Assembly (NCBI GenBank): GCA_051382335.1
Contig: JBBCAX010000090.1
Coordinates: forward strand, 2,075-66,074
DNA: 64,000 nt
Reading direction: 5' to 3'
Origin: Deltaproteobacteria bacterium TL4
GTDB lineage: Bacteria; SAR324; NAC60-12
Each line of letters opens with the position of its first letter. The first letter of the stretch is position 1. The translations under genes were made by a program, and so were the position numbers. Positions 62,901 to 64,000 of the stretch are shown here, in pieces. The notes under the pieces are model-generated. The model was not told the DNA's origin and ran no database searches. It saw only the letters and a program-made list of their open reading frames with translations.

Positions 62901-64000
62901 CCAAGACCTCCGCCCGTTCCAAAATGGCCAGGACCTCCTGGGCTTCCGCCCGTTCTTTAGCAACGACCAGTGCTTGAGTATCTTCCTCATTTTGCGCTAC
63001 ATGCAGAGCGTTGGTTGAGTCTTCAACGACAGTTTTTTGCGAGTTCATCAGCGTCAGGTTTTTGTTTAATAATTCGGACTGCTCCGAGAATTCGTCTGCC
63101 AGAGCCTGATAGTCATTCTGCTCCTTGCCATAAAGATCCTTTTTAGTTTGGACTTCCTCCACCAGGGTTCCGATCGCCGCTAAAAGGGCATCAAGCTGTT
63201 TGGTTTCAGAAGCATATTCCGTTTGAATGGGTTGGAGATTCGTTTGATTTTCAGCGATCTGACTTCGCAAGTTTTCCGCTTCGGCAAGCAAATCCTCTAA
63301 CGAGGTTTCCGCGAGATCCAAACGCGCTTTGATTTCGTTTAACGCGGCTCTTGCCGCCTGGGCTTCCTCAACTTCCAACGCGGTTATCGGTTCTTGACTT
63401 TGATAGGCGGAAAGCGCTGCTTCTTCCTGGGTGTGCTTGCTTTGATAGGTCCCGAAAAGTTCTTCAAAAACAGCCAATTCCTTCTGAGCCGTTTCCGCTT
63501 CCTCCCTTTGCTGAAGAGTGATGCGTTCCTGAGCGGGTAACTCTGTTTCGGATTTTTCCAAAGCCTGTTCCGCGTCGCGTAAATCTTCTTTAGTTTGCGA
63601 TAAATCCAACTGGGCGTGATCCGCCTGTAAACGCTCCTGCTCCGCTTGATCCACCAATAGCGCCAGAGCCGTTTGCGCGTCATTGGCTGTTGCGATTTTC
63701 GCGTCACGGTCGAGGGTCAGTTGATCCAGATTTTCATGGGCCAGTTCCGCTTCCAAAATATCCTTCAACCACCTGATTTGCTCAGCGCTCCACCCTTCAG
63801 GTGCCCATGAAGAAGCTTCGGGCAGATTTTCCAATGCGGTGTTTGCTTCAGCGAGATCCGTCTGAGTCTGCGTCAAAGCTGCTTCCAAATCGACCAGGGT
63901 TTTTTCGGCGGCATCAATCGCTTCAGCAAGACGCTCTTCCGTCACTTGCGCCCGTAACCAGATTTCTTCCTTGTCCATCAAAGTCGCTTCTGTTGAATCC
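44932..64000 (-). CDS. Giant RTX/hemolysin-type Ca-binding repeat protein (>6349 aa; start lies beyond the window), likely T1SS-secreted adhesin
   Basis: Dozens of GGxGxDxLx nonapeptides alternating with YxFxRGDGxDxI...LxFG...DLII...DxITI.NWF modules; frame stays open to the window edge; acidic; N-terminal coiled coil. Confidence 0.92.
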   Translation of the reverse strand, partial: DSTEATLMDKEEIWLRAQVTEERLAEAIDAAEKTLVDLEAALTQTQTDLAEANTALENLPEASSWAPEGWSAEQIRWLKDILEAELAHENLDQLTLDRDAKIATANDAQTALALLVDQAEQERLQADHAQLDLSQTKEDLRDAEQALEKSETELPAQERITLQQREEAETAQKELAVFEELFGTYQSKHTQEEAALSAYQSQEPITALEVEEAQAARAALNEIKARLDLAETSLEDLLAEAENLRSQIAENQTNLQPIQTEYASETKQLDALLAAIGTLVEEVQTKKDLYGKEQNDYQALADEFSEQSELLNKNLTLMNSQKTVVEDSTNALHVAQNEEDTQALVVAKERAEAQEVLAILERAEVLVSEKLSLLAASMERLKALENEVDAQEEVRAQAESDLVTRESLLEEAYQTRDAAQAELDELEYIAKAAKEQSDISTLQLESAKDALQEEENEVLEAQAVLEAHTSQVEDAEEVIENAEEVLGALSTQVENAKDLFEETQTHFQEVEAEMDDWLVGVDTITVRNWFDGQAHQVERISFGDGRILDVEAIYSWVETGQLPLESSESDPSNLYEPVGLSLDGELSEFLKSFDTRYAHLLKSLSGYFPEISNPEKAYQLLKERNLWEEVVSRYENFLEEEGEIQGTFDLDHLDLSDFFQQNSDVLNAKSLETIESGAGLSERGNEFAENPFGEEGETGVPEPGQLEEERVVQDTEINVETDAEREAYALTQNRDLELASKEKAYKRVMGMMLGEFEKAVETALKARDAGTAGEVEVGEDPFQPEWLALYEKGGGLKLVLDNQEVEKILASPTNLRRYGDEEVVVEDFGQDGKGSFDEILFGENGEVSRFKFKDLEAKNLELDLNDKTATSPIQQYESLMSAITGFQNDLKTTVNEAGQNQVAVVNPYADSLEGSNSPLMRDDRGRELLKAEQFEDISNWNAQKYSTHTPVVTGSLDISRTVTAGFARAGGSVTLPELLEFLNRYEQLEVLIEETEKLKAELPEVEGPTEEEVEALQQQLGFQEHDFTETESVADELDQYISHQGGDDFTDGGRGDDFIGAGEGDDMLLGGAGNDELVGLQGEDQLYGESGDDRLHGGSDDDELYGGRGNDLLQGSTGDDLISGGTGDDVLDGGSGDEVYLFNRGDGNDIIHDLDSIAGNVDTLRFGAGINPENVEFERDGFDLIARIKALEEGVPDDSIRVNDWFKGELYSLENWEFSDQQKLTSNQITDRFIRIEGTVDSDYHRRDKHGELLVINGVELFVGQGDLIGTYRADQMFGNEGNDVLFGKAGDDYLHGGEGTDDLDGSSGDDTLIGGKGDDTLRGGRGSDVYQFNLGDGQDLILNEDNSSGQDELRFGDQISRSDLLFRRSGWDLIIRIQNSQDQVVVQEWYKPDIYGVKRSRLDHLSFSDNTTLSQAEIEASARVIQGSDQAELLRGYEEDDTLIGGQGNDYLSGGEGADTYHFKAGDGRNTIYDVEGRDQVVFGAGFSADKIKFRKNGDHLIIEFEGLDDKLAISQWFNDPENEIEKFVFNDGSSISARVINEQLLERVVIRGADHDEALYYTNEVAKDISAGQGDDIVEAGGGSNRVDGGEGDDVILSGSHDVIPDGSSEYLWAPKYQVVDGADHLMGGQGDDTLFGAGGKDILEGGAGDDLLEGSRGNDDLLGGEGADHLLGGSGEDVLEGGADDDVLEGGSGADVLIGGQGTDTLKGGSGDDIYLFNRGDGTDFIEDVYGKDTLQLGLGIKQEALQFLRYKNHLVLQISGLEGETENGQDQLIIRDWFVTEDAQLEQAILADGTVIDLRAVNVGMLGELLVPDSQHERWEGTEGADQYNGGVGADLLFGGEGDDILEGGSGKDQLYGGSGNDQLSGGSGSDALYGGSGDDHLAGGSGADSLYGETGNDRLFGGSGSDYLAGGEGSDQLEGGSGHDVLSGDSGDDTLLGGQDQDQLDGGSGNDILRGEEGNDLLLGGEGNDLLDGGAGNDILSGGLGEDVYLFGRGSGQDVVRNLDASAFDTVSFKAGIDADHLVFLRQGQHLIIQLIGSDDRITLEGWFEQPYFRPEILQFADGSTLDPNQTPVLTLSVKDSSAFDYQLENGHLLIQEKIQANPPAAFVQHTMILRDWLQRDLYLGSVRQWEDLPENDTDFSISLQPFLIPEFNAAGDSTYMGNAQDEEVHGLDGADQLYGGGGQDQLFGGEGDDVLSGDLGNDELEGGSGHDILSGGEGNDILDGGQGHDLIQGGKGADVFIYRQGDGLDFLAEVPDQEGERDTLKFSENISLTDLTFRRVTERVQEVKLLEDPPDIELHQFDKFHLQIAIGDQGDQIVVHNWWAPTGDVWGEHTQAEAGTIEQLQLYGHEPMTLRDLLQDLKVIGTQDDNVILGSDLNERFYGKEGNDILAGGSGDDVYFFNQGDGQDLIIEKSDEGVDTLKLGPGITASRLVFSRVNDGQDLLINVQDSADQITIQGWFSENKPPLERIELEDSSILNFETIAEQSLEGTEGEESGSEEEEEGNELPSEEEESDVYIFEAGAGQKVVIETGDNKKAIELKGISPEQVKLQRVVNDLVIHAGNSGDQITLKGWLAQKEARVEELRFDNGVIWKEGQLIGDSIEIHGSSGDDQIYGSDQADHLFGGTGDDQLRGGDGDDVYLFNRGDGKDVLLDTQGHETLRFGVGIHPEEVAITREGNNLILRLEETDDQVILINGLSNFEETRVEWIAFENGTIWNHADLAERTWNLEGTEDADVLMGSDAKDHITGKFGSDVLVGQGGNDFLDGGGSSDMLDGGSGNDVLLGGEGSDHLEGGSGHDQIFGGAGADRIFGGEGDDQLEGGSGKDTYYLNRGEGNDTIIEVPTDLKNTLYFGDLILSSQLQFQRLGDDLKIEVIETLHPNSQWEMLPPASVTIKNWYAWSHPFEVIQFAFTYSAIEKEASILQTSGIDTNVNRAVEDAGLEDAFAAIKDAIAIAGTVDLLQGDEKNNVITGTDHDDQILGYEGQDTLDGQAGNDRLYGGSGDDTLLGGEGDDILQGDSGEDRLEGGTGSDTYVFQRGMGQDTLLESEDSNAIDRIEFKGIGFDELQLIRSDKDLIIQLKGTADQVRLLKYYENAQYRVEELLFPGGEVRTLEAIDHADISGTVEGFDGDDLLLGSAQDEVLSGGQGNDVLRGYEGSDTYLFNRGDGQDRIINDMANPLKQDVIQFGKGLRYEDLKFRRRIDDLIIEFENSDDQLLIENHFAGASYKIDQLIFDEGKTMVHSEDFPKDILVEGDVGDEALQGTSGNERFIGYEGNDRLSGGTGNDTYVFRRGDGQDTISENSGFDTLELQGIAPEELEFVQIQNTLEIRVKNTEDKIIITNWGNNPLFQLEQLVFTDSNSVWDTQKIVEEIRFESTDVDDLMTGNIADNVLSGGLGNDTLQGLEGEDSLEGEQGKDILEGGAGTDTYVFNPGDGQDLIKDAEGATLLKFGEGISVDQIDFVYKRDDLILRFKDAEGNLSNDQITIEKGRTQSNKSLLQLVFNDNSILDAEDIEDHVVFEGDWYGDEIQGRERDDEIRSFENNDSVYAGGGNDFVDGGADNDYLDGGEGDDTLVGGQGQDTLVGGEGSDVYRFNRNDGKDTIIELSGNDQLQFGSGIQPDELQMERSGNDVIIRIRETEDQVTLKKFNQDDTAKIELISFADHTVQWGVQDILKQSFHTYGNDESNSLQGSDLADHLQGLGGNDTLDGGVGDDLLEGGGGNDTLDGGVGDNSLEGGEGADILYGGEGSDTYIFNRGDGQDVILDSEQNNTLTFGKEITPEQIEYVLIGRDLLLRVKGTQGEETTDQITIISWRNNITGLPPLSSIVFDNGTSVIPSEIESMLIFEGTAQDDMIQGTEYDNVMYGKEGKDYFEGGSGADHLEGQAGDDRLYGQSGSDTLVGGQGDDSLLGGEGEDVYLFNRGDGDDTIYEESGEDTVTFTDSLNPEEVLVQREGNDLVLKIKGTEDRIVLGGWITEELRRVENVTFSDGTRWDVNDLISKSIAIAGTENDDYLTGTLLSDQLHGHDGQDTLEGGKGDDLLEGGKGNDVLQGGEGADIYQFSRGDGHDTLSDQEGSNVLVLGADINQDQLFFVKRGDDLHIYIKNSDGLLSSDQITLPQWFIEEQHSLSQIQLQDGTVLETSTLQPHLIEGTAENDILQGESQDDFIKGMEGDDTISGGSGNDRLEGDSGQDLMSGGEGDDFLTGGLGNDQLEGGSGADTYTIKLGDGHDIISDSEGNNILQFGPGILPEDLKYDRVQQDLLIQVNGSETQVIIKNVFESQGSMLSQINFKDAPDQSIQQEALTEIITRLSTLMEGDAEDDTIVGTSSSDILSGVGGNDTLKGGAGDDTLIGGTGQDQLMGEEGNNVYVFNRGDGQDTVILEAQYSLDDPTRDLIQFGDDINQDDLTMTQRGPDLVISINESEDQITIKDWVTHSKKIDIKFQDGTVVSQESYTPLVSLVIGDTDDFINGDSEANELSGLGGSDTITGAEGDDLLNGDAGDDVLSGGEGDDTLIGGEGNDLLEGNDGSDVYVFKRGDGQDTIQAEPNDKLNFDAVNFSEVEFLVKADDLLIRFKETADQVILSDWFKHDSNRLSQVVFSDQTLTPEQMEQHLLWEGTDGDDDLSWGVLNPIQIYGSGGNDTIKGGFSDDHLQGDSGDDVIDGGEGNDILVGGTGNDQLHGNEGRDTYIFNRGDGQDTLELDLFKIFKSSNQYNVNTPEDTLHFGEEIAPEDLEFVQIGNDLIIKISGTTDQLTLLNWNEDSRAQLKQITFHSSTQVLSTEDIMAQIIFEATDNDDTLLGNLFDNVISGFDGNDTIEGNGGDDLLTGGKGNDTLTGGDGQDTYIFNRGDGQDRIELYSSDRTKKDSIKFGEGISPDSLEFEQKGRDIIIRLKDSSDQITLVSGVVYTSAHLAKLEFSDGTELNPEMIFENTSIYSSDESEEIYGTALSEEISGLGGDDEIFGLAGNDTLIGGKGNDVLYGMLGNDVYRFNRGDGQDSIYDFEGQCTLQFGEGITYDDLIWIKKPGYSLLRIKDSSDQIGWVNLARIKFADGTEFTVDEIDPQWIFEATESSDDMIGNAEANELDGLGGNDTLAGMAGDDTLTGGSGNDLLVGNSGSDTYHFNLGDGQDIIQDFDGEQDVLQFGEGITETNLEIKMEGEDLLLQIKDSTDRILVRGGNAIQFPIEQIRFKDGSSVSQESINAIFCQSQQIEGTDESEYLEGGRGNDTIRGGKGDDRISGGKGNDTYLYNSGDGSDTITDSGGSADVFKLGAGINADDLSFAQQGEHLVLSIAESQDQVVFYNWFQSKQNQIEQILLNDGTPVDMQSIREIENQHIVGSDSSDSLKSGVGDDILEGGEGEDDLYGGEGQDTLIGGEGGDMYFIDPEGGHHTIIETGISIQTVTRSGTIPFGNTLCFMFKDSNNSSDYEKIPLTPDDLSLIRNENDLVITITNHSGGATIKNWFQENPPVFNIIIAQNIFNGQTIAYEEIQEWLNPGEVIEDNPTYSLDREQGEQTYKNFHKLSTDGSVNLGEGIGPDDLILERHGKDLVLKIKDTTDQITFTLWGASASFQVSAFIFNDGTRWNNETINNHITLYEGTAQDDFLEGHDEADLISGSEGNDFILGRQGDDVLNGGLGDDTYIDEEGEDTYLFNRGDGKDTINLYDLNYETNQLKFGSDISKTDIEYIQKDKNLILQIRGTEDQVTLRSWFNDKNSMDLVFSDNTLIPADQIETEINIQKAKWLEDHSTTIARKEGTEDDDNFVFNKGAGKYTIYEYGGNDTLRFGEGISSDDLDIRIEEKNLVIHRIGTNDMVIINDWVLSRTNHIEQILLNDGSALDLSPVIEQLDTHITAEQLDRQGMLSGTFLNDLIEGDDNTNIISGGYGDDILMGGEGGDVYMIAPGGGHHTIIDTGTDTTNPFLSEFGIEGTGHIVYFAEREYAAQRSDLSFSREGQDLVVTMRQGGGVTIKNWYTGELPAYYFMTFSEEREPEIMGASEVESFVIQNIRPNAAKAAPETFLIHSDSGETTDSTEIDQETGSTEAKPNTTDETSAETSNAHLVDKAGDQIYYFHKTPSDEFPFTIEQISLTETHPLYAQISALQGDVLLFGDGITPADLQVRREGDLLKLGFIGQEDGLEIADWFSQTERPIPNLVFAQELLTAEEFEDYFTDSLIPTEYLTEMDDGVEEVLIDTNSDTPSDTDDTEPESESEADPVNDLYEFHRGAGELVIEEYEGKDVIHFGSQISPEDLRISKMAQDMIMQIEGSQDSIRVKDAFSAPSHQIEKLVFEKDTDGEGESDRQTEVPIDADQMAAFDKMLKAIDQWDAEREGNGIFCPIYDNQARPVVVLQIAPEDPLKSR

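Noticed and set aside
11715-64000. Self-targeting protospacers or cas genes in the window
   Set aside because: None noticed by eye; an exhaustive alignment was not possible

Overview
Bacterial (probably deltaproteobacterial/SAR324-like; inference from gene style only) window with four parts. (1) 1-11714: trailer portion of a very long CRISPR array (~160 units, 35-bp repeat, type III-like; leader and cas genes lie outside the window). Its spacers overlap each other heavily, read antisense to protein-coding frames and are rich in covarying hairpins, so parts of an unknown, variable, highly structured invader can be rebuilt from the array alone. This is the main finding. (2) 11.7-20.5 kb: a decaying defence/mobile patch with frameshifted Eleos/LeoABC-like dynamin genes, an IS200/RAYT-type Y1 transposase with REP palindromes and a 21/22-bp tandem expansion, a VapBC-type TA pair and a cluster of different MITEs. 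(3) 20.6-44.6 kb: core metabolism: pstS-phoU-pstCAB-B-phoU-phoBR with a Pho box, tlyA, parB, gloB, Nudix, UbiD, DUF47-PiT-DUF47, speB/nspC/CANS dehydrogenase and oadGAB. (4) 44.9-64 kb: a 5'-truncated giant (>6349 aa) RTX Ca-binding protein with a >500-aa coiled coil.
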